Assembly (NCBI GenBank): GCA_039589875.1
Contig: JBDHGL010000003.1
Coordinates: 4,035 to 68,034, forward strand
DNA from: Gemmatimonadota bacterium
Lineage (GTDB): Bacteria > Gemmatimonadota > Gemmatimonadetes > Palauibacterales > Palauibacteraceae
Direction: 5' to 3'
Length of the DNA stretch: 64,000 nucleotides
Position 1 is the first letter of the stretch. Every line of letters starts with the position of its first letter. Below, piece by piece: positions 49,660 through 58,081 of the stretch. The notes under the pieces are model-generated. The model did no database searches. It was not told where the DNA came from and saw only the letters and a program-made list of their open reading frames with translations. The position numbers and the translations under genes are program-made.

Positions 49660-51522
49660 ATGATCTGGCCAGCGATCGGTGCGCTGGTGTGGTCGCTACT
49701 GCTTTCTCCACAGACGGTAACGATGAAGGGAGCGGGCGCCGAAGCGGCGGCTCAGGAGGCGCCCGAGGGCTTTCGGCAGGGCGTACGCTACACCATCGAG
49801 GCGACGCTCGACGAGGCGGAAGAGCTGCTGCGTGGCGCGGCGATCCTCGACTACCAGAATCGATCGCCCGATACGCTGAGCGCCATATACCTCCATCTGC
49901 ACCTGAACGCGTTCAGGCCAAACAGCCTGTGGGCCCGCTTGGAGACGCGCGCGGAGTATGACTTTCGAGCTCTCATGGCGCCAAACAGCGCCTTCGAGCG
50001 CCTCCTGTCCGCTCGAGCCGACGGCATCTCTCTCGCTGCCGAGTATCCACACGCTCCGGATTCCACGGTCGTGCGCCTCGCCCTTCCTTCACCGCTGCCG
50101 CCTGATGGCTCCGTCCGTCTCGCCTTCCGCTGGGAGGCGCGTCCGTCGACGCTGTGCCGCCGCCAGTGTCGGGCGGGCCGGCATTATGATTTCGCGCAAT
50201 GGTATCCACGCATTGCCGTCTACGACGTAGATGGCTGGCAGCAGCACCCGCTTTACCCGCAGGGGGAGTTCTACGGCGAGTTCGGCACATACGACGTGAC
50301 TCTCGATCTGGCCGAAGACCAGGTGGTCGGGGCGACGGGCGTTCCGTTGTCGGGCGATCCGGGTTGGCGTTCCGGCCGAGCCGGTACGGACTCGGCGCCG
50401 CCCTACCAGCGCAGCTTCTACGGCGCAGTCCCCCCGCCGCTGGCCGTCGGCCTGCTCCAACACGTCGTTGAACCCGGTCGCAAGCGTGTGCGCTTCTTCG
50501 CCGAGGACGTGCACCACTTCGCCTGGAGCGTCGATCCGCGGTTTCGCTACGAGGGCGTCTCGTTGCCCCATGTTCCGGCGGCGGCGGAGCAGCGGTCCGG
50601 TGCCGAGGTGGCCATTCATGCGATCTTCCGACCGGAGGCCGAGGACACCTGGGGCGACGGCGTAGCCATCGCGCGGACGATCGCCGCGCTGCGCTGGCTG
50701 GAGGAAGCCTTCGGGCCCTATCCCTACCCCCAGCTTACGGTCCTGCATCGATTGGAGGGTGGCGGTACCGAATTCCCCATGCTCGTCATGAACGGCTCGG
50801 CTAGCGAAGGTCTGATCTTCCATGAGGTTGCACACCAGTACGTCCACGCGATCTTCGCGAACAACGAATGGCGCGACACTTGGCTGGATGAGGGCTTCGC
50901 CGTTTTTCTCGGAAACTGGTATCGGGAGCAGCGTTCGGGTCCGGAGGTGTGGGAGGGTCCGCTGGCGGCGGCGGTGCGGCTGGAGCGGTTCGGGCTTACG
51001 GAACCCGTGAGCACGGAAGCGAAGGACTTCTCCAGCTTCCAGATGTACGGGGCCATGAGTTATTCGAAGGCCGCCCTGATCTTCCGCATGCTACGGGATG
51101 TGCTTGGAGAGGAGAGCTTTCGGCGGATGCTGCGGGAGTACTACGAGAGATACCGGTTCCGTCACGTGGACGAGGACGACCTCCGAGGCGTGGCCGAGCA
51201 GGTGAGCGGGCGACCGCTGGAGTGGTTTTTTGACGCATGGCTACACGGCACGGGTCGCCTGGACTATGCCATCCGGGACGTCCGGATCGGGCGGCAGGCG
51301 GATGGAAAGTGGCTCACGGAAGTCGAGATCGAGCGCCTAGGCGAGATCTGGATGCCGATCGCCGTGGCCGTCGATGATGTCGTCGTCCGGGCGGGGTCCT
51401 CCGATTCGCTTCAGGTCGTGAAGGTGCTCACGGATCGCCGTCCAGCAGTAGTGGAGTTGGATCCGGCTTCGGTGCTGTTGGATGCCGATCGCTCGAACAA
51501 CCGTTCGAAGGTGGGCAACTAG
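49660..51522 (+). CDS. Secreted M1-family metallo-aminopeptidase
   Basis: GGTEFP (GxMEN-like), HEVAH-x18-E (WLDEG), YSK, signal peptide. Confidence 0.92.
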   Translation: MIWPAIGALVWSLLLSPQTVTMKGAGAEAAAQEAPEGFRQGVRYTIEATLDEAEELLRGAAILDYQNRSPDTLSAIYLHLHLNAFRPNSLWARLETRAEYDFRALMAPNSAFERLLSARADGISLAAEYPHAPDSTVVRLALPSPLPPDGSVRLAFRWEARPSTLCRRQCRAGRHYDFAQWYPRIAVYDVDGWQQHPLYPQGEFYGEFGTYDVTLDLAEDQVVGATGVPLSGDPGWRSGRAGTDSAPPYQRSFYGAVPPPLAVGLLQHVVEPGRKRVRFFAEDVHHFAWSVDPRFRYEGVSLPHVPAAAEQRSGAEVAIHAIFRPEAEDTWGDGVAIARTIAALRWLEEAFGPYPYPQLTVLHRLEGGGTEFPMLVMNGSASEGLIFHEVAHQYVHAIFANNEWRDTWLDEGFAVFLGNWYREQRSGPEVWEGPLAAAVRLERFGLTEPVSTEAKDFSSFQMYGAMSYSKAALIFRMLRDVLGEESFRRMLREYYERYRFRHVDEDDLRGVAEQVSGRPLEWFFDAWLHGTGRLDYAIRDVRIGRQADGKWLTEVEIERLGEIWMPIAVAVDDVVVRAGSSDSLQVVKVLTDRRPAVVELDPASVLLDADRSNNRSKVGN

Positions 51523-51541
51523 CGGCGCTCGGACGACCGTC

Positions 51542-51958
51542 CTATCCGCAGAGAACCCTCTGGGCAGCCGTCTGCGCGTCGCTCGGCTGCTCCGGTACGG
51601 CGACCGGGAGACCGCGTTCCCCTTTGCTTTCCGGCAGGTGAAGCAGAAGAACGCCGATTGGGAAGGACTCGGTCGCCTTCTCGGCCCGACCGGAAGCATC
51701 GATCGCGACCAGCTGACCCGGTGACAGCGAGCTGGCCAGCCAAGCTCCGTAGCAGATCCACGTCTGGAGCGGATCGGCCGTCTGGTCGGCTTCGACAACG
51801 TCAGCTTCGTATCTGGCGACGGCTGTCTCGTAAAGCTGGCTGTCCTGTGCCTTCAGCCGCCGGAGGAACTGGCGATAGATCGGCTGCACGTCGGCCATGC
51901 CATGTTGCGACAGGGCGGCCCGGTACTCCTCGGTCGACGCTCCTGCTTCGTCCGACAC
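51542..51958 (-). CDS. Hypothetical protein
   Basis: Starts 4 nt after the rho stop on the same strand; YR..LRRLK..D..Y..AV..Y pattern. Confidence 0.6.
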   Translation of the reverse strand: MSDEAGASTEEYRAALSQHGMADVQPIYRQFLRRLKAQDSQLYETAVARYEADVVEADQTADPLQTWICYGAWLASSLSPGQLVAIDASGRAEKATESFPIGVLLLHLPESKGERGLPVAVPEQPSDAQTAAQRVLCG

Positions 51959-51962
51959 TCTC

Positions 51963-53216
51963 CTACTCGCCCCCTGCCATCGAATCCAGGAACTCCTGGT
52001 TCTTGCTCGTTCGATTCAGCCGTTCGATCAAGAACTGCACGGCCTCGGCCGGCGGCATGTCGGATAGGAAGTTGCGGAGCAGATACATCCGGTTGAGCTC
52101 CGTGTCGGAGAGCAGGAGCTCCTCTTTCCTCGTGCTCGAGCGGTTCAGGTCAAGAGCCGGGTAGATGCGCTTGTCGGCTATCTGGCGGTCGAGGATCACC
52201 TCGCTATTTCCGGTACCCTTAAACTCCTCGAAGATCACCTCGTCCATCCGGCTCCCCGTGTCCACGAGCGCGGTGGCGCAGATCGTAAGGCTGCCCCCTT
52301 CCTCTATGTTGCGGGCAGCGCCGAAGAACCGCTTCGGCTTGTGGAGAGCGTTGGCATCCACACCACCAGAGAGGATCTTGCCCGAATGGGGCACGGTCGT
52401 GTTGTAGGCCCGTGCAAGACGCGTGATCGAGTCGAGCAGGATCACTACGTCCTGCTGGTACTCGACCAGACGCTTCGCCTTTTCGAGCACCATCTCGGCG
52501 ACCTGGGTATGTCTGTCCGCCGGCTCATCGAACGTGCTGGCGATGATCTCGGCAGCAACGTTCTCCTCCATGTCGGTGACTTCTTCGGGTCGCTCGTCGA
52601 TGAGCAGGACAATCAGCTTGCACTCGGGATGATTGTGCAGAATGGAGTTGGCGATCTTCTGAAGGAGGATGGTCTTCCCGGCCTTCGGCGGAGAGACGAT
52701 CAGGCTGCGCTGTCCCTTACCGATCGGTGCGATCAGGTCCAAGATGCGCATCGAGATATCGCCGTTCTCCTGTTCCAGCCCCAGCCGTTCCTCGGGGTAA
52801 CGGGGCCGCAGGTTGTCGAAGCCGATCCGGTGCTTGGCCTTCTCGGGGTCTTCTCCGTTGACCGCCTCTACCTTCAGAAGTGCCAGATACTTCTCACCTT
52901 CCTTCGGAGGCCTGACCTGTCCGAGCACCGTGTCACCCGTGCGCATGTCAAAGCGTTTGATTTGCGACGGGGAGACGTAGATATCGTCAGGGCCGTACAA
53001 GTAGTTCCAATCTTGACTGCGAAGGAAACCGTAGCCTTCGGGGAGGATCTCCAGGACGCCTTCCCCGCGAAGGACGACGTCCGAGTCGAGCAGATTCTGC
53101 TCGATGCGGAATATCAGGTCCTGCTTTCGAAGACCCGAGTAGTTGTGAATACTCAACTCCTCGGCCATGTCGTGAAGGTCGGCTATGGACTTGGATTTCA
53201 GCTCTGCGATGTCCAC
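51963..53216 (-). CDS. rho: Transcription termination factor Rho
   Basis: [56 protein letters not shown]. Confidence 0.98.
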   Translation of the reverse strand: MDIAELKSKSIADLHDMAEELSIHNYSGLRKQDLIFRIEQNLLDSDVVLRGEGVLEILPEGYGFLRSQDWNYLYGPDDIYVSPSQIKRFDMRTGDTVLGQVRPPKEGEKYLALLKVEAVNGEDPEKAKHRIGFDNLRPRYPEERLGLEQENGDISMRILDLIAPIGKGQRSLIVSPPKAGKTILLQKIANSILHNHPECKLIVLLIDERPEEVTDMEENVAAEIIASTFDEPADRHTQVAEMVLEKAKRLVEYQQDVVILLDSITRLARAYNTTVPHSGKILSGGVDANALHKPKRFFGAARNIEEGGSLTICATALVDTGSRMDEVIFEEFKGTGNSEVILDRQIADKRIYPALDLNRSSTRKEELLLSDTELNRMYLLRNFLSDMPPAEAVQFLIERLNRTSKNQEFLDSMAGGE

Positions 53217-53321
53217 GGAAAATACTCCGCCTTGGAGTGAGGGCCCGTTACGGGTTTTTGTTTAGCGTAAGGATATTCAGGGTGTTCAAGAGGTCGCGGA
53301 AGCGGGTTGGAACCGAAAGAA

Positions 53322-53350
53322 TGAATAACCACGGTCGATAATCGGGTCAA
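53322..53350 (-). promoter_or_regulatory. Putative sigma70 promoter of rho
   Basis: TTGACC-N17-TATTCA on the minus strand, about 100 nt upstream of the GTG start. Confidence 0.45.
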
Positions 53351-53364
53351 GCAGGGAGGAGCTG

Positions 53365-53718
53365 ATGGCGCGCCACAATCGTGAAGCTCGCGGGGTCGAC
53401 CAGCGCGGCGAGCTATGGATTATCGGCTATCAACCCGACTGGCTCAGCCGGGTGAAGATTTCACGACGCCTTCCCCGTGGCCGGCGGCGCTCCCGATTGA
53501 CGATCTTCAGAAACCCGGCGCGACAGGCTGATGCCAAGCCGGGGAAAGTCATACGAACGCGGGTCGCCGCCGCCGACGGCTCCGCCGAATTCACGGTGTC
53601 ACTCGAGGATCGAATGGATGTGGTGGACTCCATCATCGTCGTGACGCGTCGAGGGAAGAGGAAGAAGGAAAAAGTCGAGTTCGTGCTCCAGGGTCGCCTG
53701 CCGCCGGCGGACAGGTAA
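53365..53718 (+). CDS. Small basic hypothetical protein
   Basis: Strong GGAGGAG RBS; MARHNRE..DQRG...YQPDWL..IFRNP. Confidence 0.7.
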   Translation: MARHNREARGVDQRGELWIIGYQPDWLSRVKISRRLPRGRRRSRLTIFRNPARQADAKPGKVIRTRVAAADGSAEFTVSLEDRMDVVDSIIVVTRRGKRKKEKVEFVLQGRLPPADR

Positions 53719-53726
53719 GGTCCTGC

Positions 53727-54668
53727 TCAGAAGAGCCGGACCCTGAGCCAGGAGAAGGGGTCCTGGGCGAGCTCCGCTCTCACCGTATCCAGGCGGGCGC
53801 GAAACAGGCGCACCTGGTTTTGGATTTCGCGGTCATGAAAGGCCCTACCGGCCGATCCACGCGCGGCCTCCAGTCGGGCGTGCAGAGCTTGAAGGCTCTC
53901 GGCGAGAGACTGGATCGAGCCTCCGAGACCGCCCCCAGGCGGATCTGCCGAGACACGCTCGGCCAACCGCTCCAGGCGGTCTCCCGAGCGACGAAGACTG
54001 GCTGACAGCGTGGTGTCCGAAACGAGCCGCTCGATCGATCCCGGCGTTTCCAGCCTGCCACGAAAGTCGGCGATATTGGCTCGCAGGGTTGCAAGTTCGC
54101 CCCCTCGGTCGGAGAAAGCCTGCAGCGTACCGCTGCCGTGACGCATCTCCTCACGGAGACGTTTGGCCACGGGCTTCAGCTCCGCCAGCACTTGACTGAG
54201 GCTGTCGCCGAACGCGGCAATCGCGCCGATCGCAACTGACACTTCGGCCTGCAGCGTGTCGCTGAAGTCGTAGGGCGCCTCTCCGGCGGACCCGGGGCTG
54301 AGGCTCACGACGAAAGGAGCCAGGAGCCCGGATGGCTCAATCTTCGCGCTAGCGTCACGACGAAGAGCCTCCGCGGCTTCACGGGTCAGAATCGTGCGGA
54401 TCTCGAGGTTCGGTGCGTCCGCCTCCCGTCTCTCCACAAAGCGGATGGCCGTCACTTTCCCGGCTTGTCTGCCCGCCACCCATACGGAGCCTCCCAATCG
54501 CAGCTCGCCAGCTTCCCGGGCGGTCAGCATCAACGTGGCCCCACTCTCCACGGCCAGTCTGGCCTCGTCCATGAAAAAGATGGAGACGGCCACGACCACG
54601 ACGGCGCTCAGCTGCGCAGCGCCGCGTCGCACGTCCGACCATTCCAGTGGCCTGCGGTCGATTCGCAT
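53727..54668 (-). CDS. MlaD/MCE family protein
   Basis: N-terminal TM, AGELRLGGSVWVAGRQAGKV, DASAKI..GLL...V.L.PG, helical tail. Confidence 0.82.
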   Translation of the reverse strand: MRIDRRPLEWSDVRRGAAQLSAVVVVAVSIFFMDEARLAVESGATLMLTAREAGELRLGGSVWVAGRQAGKVTAIRFVERREADAPNLEIRTILTREAAEALRRDASAKIEPSGLLAPFVVSLSPGSAGEAPYDFSDTLQAEVSVAIGAIAAFGDSLSQVLAELKPVAKRLREEMRHGSGTLQAFSDRGGELATLRANIADFRGRLETPGSIERLVSDTTLSASLRRSGDRLERLAERVSADPPGGGLGGSIQSLAESLQALHARLEAARGSAGRAFHDREIQNQVRLFRARLDTVRAELAQDPFSWLRVRLF

Positions 54669-54826
54669 GCCGAGATCATGGAGCGTCAAGCTCGCATGTG
54701 CCAGTTGTGGGACTGGCACGCTCCGGCTTCACGAAGCCGTTCGACCGGCACATGCTTTGGACACACGTGGGATTCGCACGGCGTCCGCCGGACGCGCATT
54801 CAACACCCGAACTCGAGGAGCGATCA

Positions 54827-55201
54827 ATGGCTCGATCCGTGAACCGAATCATCCTGGTCGGCAATGCAGGATCGGATCCCGACCTCCGGGAGACGAGCGG
54901 CGGGACGTCTGTCGCCCATCTCTCGCTTGCGACGGACCGCCGCACGCGGCGCAATGGCGACGAAGAGCAGAAGACGGACTGGCACCGGTTGACGTTCTGG
55001 GGAAAATCTTCCGAGTTGGCCGCGCGCCTGGTTCACCGAGGCAGCCGGCTGTACGTGGAGGGGCGGCTGGAGTACGGATCCTATGAGCGTGAAGGCGTCG
55101 AGATTCCGACGGCCGATGTGATCGTCCACGACTTTCTCGTCCTGGATCCGGTGCCGACCGCCCCGAACCCGGCGGTCGAGGAGGAGCACGCTCTTCTCTG
55201 A
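54827..55201 (+). CDS. ssb: Single-stranded DNA-binding protein, short form without the acidic D-D-x-P-F tip
   Basis: MARSVNRIILVGN..DP..R, SLAT, TDWHR..FWGK, GSRLYVEGRL. GAGGAG RBS. Confidence 0.88.
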   Translation: MARSVNRIILVGNAGSDPDLRETSGGTSVAHLSLATDRRTRRNGDEEQKTDWHRLTFWGKSSELAARLVHRGSRLYVEGRLEYGSYEREGVEIPTADVIVHDFLVLDPVPTAPNPAVEEEHALL

Positions 55202-55288
55202 TCCACCGAGCTTCGGGTGGCCTACGGACTCTCTTCGGATGGCCATCTCGGTTGCGCCGCTTTTGGGCGTCTCTGATTTTCCCTCTTC

Positions 55289-56296
55289 GTGACCTACAGT
55301 CCGCTGGCGGGCCACCGGTTTGGAGTCGGCCCGCTGTTCGCCCGAGGCCCGAGCTCGACCGAGGAAATCCGGACGGAAGTGGCCGTGGAGCCGCTCCTTG
55401 CGGGCCTGGGTCGACCACGTCGTGTTCTTGTGGCAGGTGGGACCGGATTCGTGGGCCGCCACCTCGTGCGGCGGCTTCAGGGGCGCGGCCACACACTGCG
55501 CACGCTGGCGCGCGGATCTCGGGAGAACTTGGTCGGCGAGGCCGAAGCGTGGACCGCGAACATCAGGGATGAGGCCGCGGTCCGTGGTGCCGCCGAAGGG
55601 TGCGAGGTTCTCGTTCATCTCGTGGGAATCGCATGGCCAGATGGCGAGCAGGGCTATGATGACGTGCACGTCCGCGGAACCCGCGTTTTGTTGCGGGAGG
55701 CCCGCCGTGCCGGCGTTCGGCGGTTCGTGTTCGTCAGTACGGTCGGCGTATCTCCAGCCGGAAGCGAGTACTTTCGAACAAAACTCGAAGCCGAACGCGA
55801 GGTGCGCGCCTCGGGCATCGACTTCACGATTTTCCGGCCCTCGATCATCTACGGGCCAGGAGACCAGTTTACGACGGCACTCGTGCAGCTTCTTCGGCGG
55901 TTACCGTTCTTTCCGGTGTTGGGCTTGACGGTGTCGAGGTTGCAGCCCGTGGCTATAGAGGATGTGGCTGAGGCTCTCGTACAGGCCGTAGAGCGCTCGG
56001 ACTTGACCGACCGCACGTTCGAGATCGGCGGCCCCGAGAGACTCGAGTTCGCCGAGATGGTGCGAATCGTGGCGAACACGATCGGCGTGCGTCGTCCGGT
56101 CGTGAAGCTGCCCGGAATCCTCAGCTCTCCCGCGCTTCGGCTGGCGGCACTGCTCGGCTTGCCGCAGCCGATCACGGCAGACCAGCTGGCGATGTTCAAA
56201 GGCGCGAGCGTGCTACGGAAGAGTGTAAACCCGCTTCGGTCGGTCTTTCGGCTCGAGCCTCTTCCGTTCCGGGCCGCTATCGGGGACTACCTGTGA
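55289..56296 (+). CDS. NAD(P)-binding atypical SDR (NDUFA9-like)
   Basis: VAGGTGFVG, HLVG, YFRTK, RPSIIYGPGD, QPV..EDVA. True start may be about 55380. Confidence 0.85.
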   Translation: MTYSPLAGHRFGVGPLFARGPSSTEEIRTEVAVEPLLAGLGRPRRVLVAGGTGFVGRHLVRRLQGRGHTLRTLARGSRENLVGEAEAWTANIRDEAAVRGAAEGCEVLVHLVGIAWPDGEQGYDDVHVRGTRVLLREARRAGVRRFVFVSTVGVSPAGSEYFRTKLEAEREVRASGIDFTIFRPSIIYGPGDQFTTALVQLLRRLPFFPVLGLTVSRLQPVAIEDVAEALVQAVERSDLTDRTFEIGGPERLEFAEMVRIVANTIGVRRPVVKLPGILSSPALRLAALLGLPQPITADQLAMFKGASVLRKSVNPLRSVFRLEPLPFRAAIGDYL

Positions 56297-56940
56297 GCGG
56301 CCGGGAGCCCGCACGGGCGCCTGGCGAAGGGCGGGTCGGCCTGGCGGAGCCTCGGGAGGCTAGCGAGTCGTCCGGCAACGACAGGCACGACCCGGGATTT
56401 CTCACGGTATCGAATCTCCTCTCTCTGAGTCGAATTCCGCTCGGCATGGGTTTCCTTGTTACGAACGATCCCAAAATCCTGGCGCTCATCGTGTTGGTCG
56501 GCGCGCTCACCGATCTCCTCGACGGGTTCATAGCCCGCGTCAGCGGAACGACCTCGGAGGTGGGGATTCTCCTCGACCCGTTCTGCGACAAGATTTTCGT
56601 GCTTCTCGGCGTCGTGTCCTTTCTTCCGGGAGGAAGGCTCGACTGGGCCGGGTTCATGATTCTCATTCTGCGCGACATCTACACGAGTGGCACCTACCTG
56701 GTGAGCCGTTTGGTGGGGCGAGATATGCATCCCCGCTCGAGAATGGGAGGCAAGGTCACCACGTTCTTCCAGCTGGTTACTCTTCTGGTCCTGATTTTCT
56801 GGCCGACCTACGTCGCTCCGTTCATCCTGGTCGTCGGGATCACAGCGGTGTACGCGATCATAGACTACGGCGTCTTTCTCATACGGCAGGAGCAATACAC
56901 TCGTCTCGAAAAGGAGCGGCTGGCACGGGCACCGATCTGA
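56293..56940 (+). CDS. CDP-alcohol phosphatidyltransferase (PgsA-like)
   Basis: NLLSLSR, TDLLDGFIAR..G.LLDP.CDK motif. Confidence 0.9.
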   Translation: MSGREPARAPGEGRVGLAEPREASESSGNDRHDPGFLTVSNLLSLSRIPLGMGFLVTNDPKILALIVLVGALTDLLDGFIARVSGTTSEVGILLDPFCDKIFVLLGVVSFLPGGRLDWAGFMILILRDIYTSGTYLVSRLVGRDMHPRSRMGGKVTTFFQLVTLLVLIFWPTYVAPFILVVGITAVYAIIDYGVFLIRQEQYTRLEKERLARAPI

Positions 56941-56962
56941 CGCGCGAGCGCGGGTATCGGGC

Positions 56963-58081
56963 GTGATCCGTCTTCTACACCTGGCGGACGTTCACCTGGG
57001 TGCGGTGTACTCCGGTTTCGAGCCGATCGCGGAGCGCCGGGGCGAGGAGGTTCTGGCCGCCTTTCGGACCATTCCCGATGTGGCGGCGACCGAGAAGGTG
57101 CATGCCGTTCTCGTGTGCGGGGATCTGTTCGACGGTCCGAGGCCCTCCGAACGGTGCATCGCCGTGGCGCGCGACGTATCGCGACGCCTCCAGGAAGCCG
57201 GCCTCCCGGTCTTCGCGATTCCCGGCAACCATGATTCCGCCGTCCTCAACCCCTCGCTCTACGGGGAGGCTCTCCCGGGGGCGCAGGTGTTCAGCGAGCC
57301 TGCCTTCGGTCCGCCATTCACCGTCGAAACTCATGGCGGTCCACTCCACGTGTACGGTATCGCCGCAGACCCTGCGCACAACTCGGATCCGCTCGGCTCG
57401 TTCCGACGCTCGGCCGAGCCCGGCGTTCACGTCGTTCTGTTGCATGGCGCCCTACAGGATGCGCCTCACTGGGCAGCGCCGTCCTCGCTGAGCCTCACTC
57501 ACGACCGCCTCTCCGAGATCGAGGCGGACTATCTGGCGCTCGGTGACTACCACCGGTTCCGTCCGCCGACTGAATTCGACCGGGCCCCGGCCTGTTATTC
57601 GGGTTCGTTTGCCGCGGTCGACATCGCCGAGAACGGTGCCAGGGGGTTTGCGATCGCTGAGGTGGCGTCCGGACAACCGCCGGTCGTGAGACACATTTCG
57701 TCCGGAGTTCGTGAAGTCGAGCACCTCGGAGAGGTGGATGTCAGCACCTGCTCGGACGAGCTTGACGTCGCCGAGATGCTGGGAGAGCGAGCTCCCGAGG
57801 GCTGCATCCCCGTCGTGCGTCTTGTTGGAGAACCGACTTTTCCACTCGATTCGCAGAAGGTGCGGACGAACCTCGAGGAGCGGTTCGGATGCGTTCGCCT
57901 CGAAGATGCGACCCGCTTCTTCGCGTCGACGAGGCTGGCGGAGATCGCGCAGGAAAGGACCATTGCCGGACATGTCGCTCGGCTGGGACTACGCCGGCTC
58001 GAGGAGAGCCAGCCTCCCGAGCAGCGGCTGGAAGGAGAGCGAGCGCTCCGCATCGCCCTCCGGAGCCTAGGCGTCAGTTGA
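56963..58081 (+). CDS. Mre11/SbcD-like metallophosphoesterase nuclease (YhaO-like)
   Basis: HLADVHLG, GDLFD, PGNHD, LLHG, YLALGDYH, YSGS. Confidence 0.88.
   Translation: MIRLLHLADVHLGAVYSGFEPIAERRGEEVLAAFRTIPDVAATEKVHAVLVCGDLFDGPRPSERCIAVARDVSRRLQEAGLPVFAIPGNHDSAVLNPSLYGEALPGAQVFSEPAFGPPFTVETHGGPLHVYGIAADPAHNSDPLGSFRRSAEPGVHVVLLHGALQDAPHWAAPSSLSLTHDRLSEIEADYLALGDYHRFRPPTEFDRAPACYSGSFAAVDIAENGARGFAIAEVASGQPPVVRHISSGVREVEHLGEVDVSTCSDELDVAEMLGERAPEGCIPVVRLVGEPTFPLDSQKVRTNLEERFGCVRLEDATRFFASTRLAEIAQERTIAGHVARLGLRRLEESQPPEQRLEGERALRIALRSLGVS

Noticed and set aside
48374-49711. 445-aa minus-strand ORF
   Set aside because: Antisense to the USP-J gene, which has clear motifs and an RBS.
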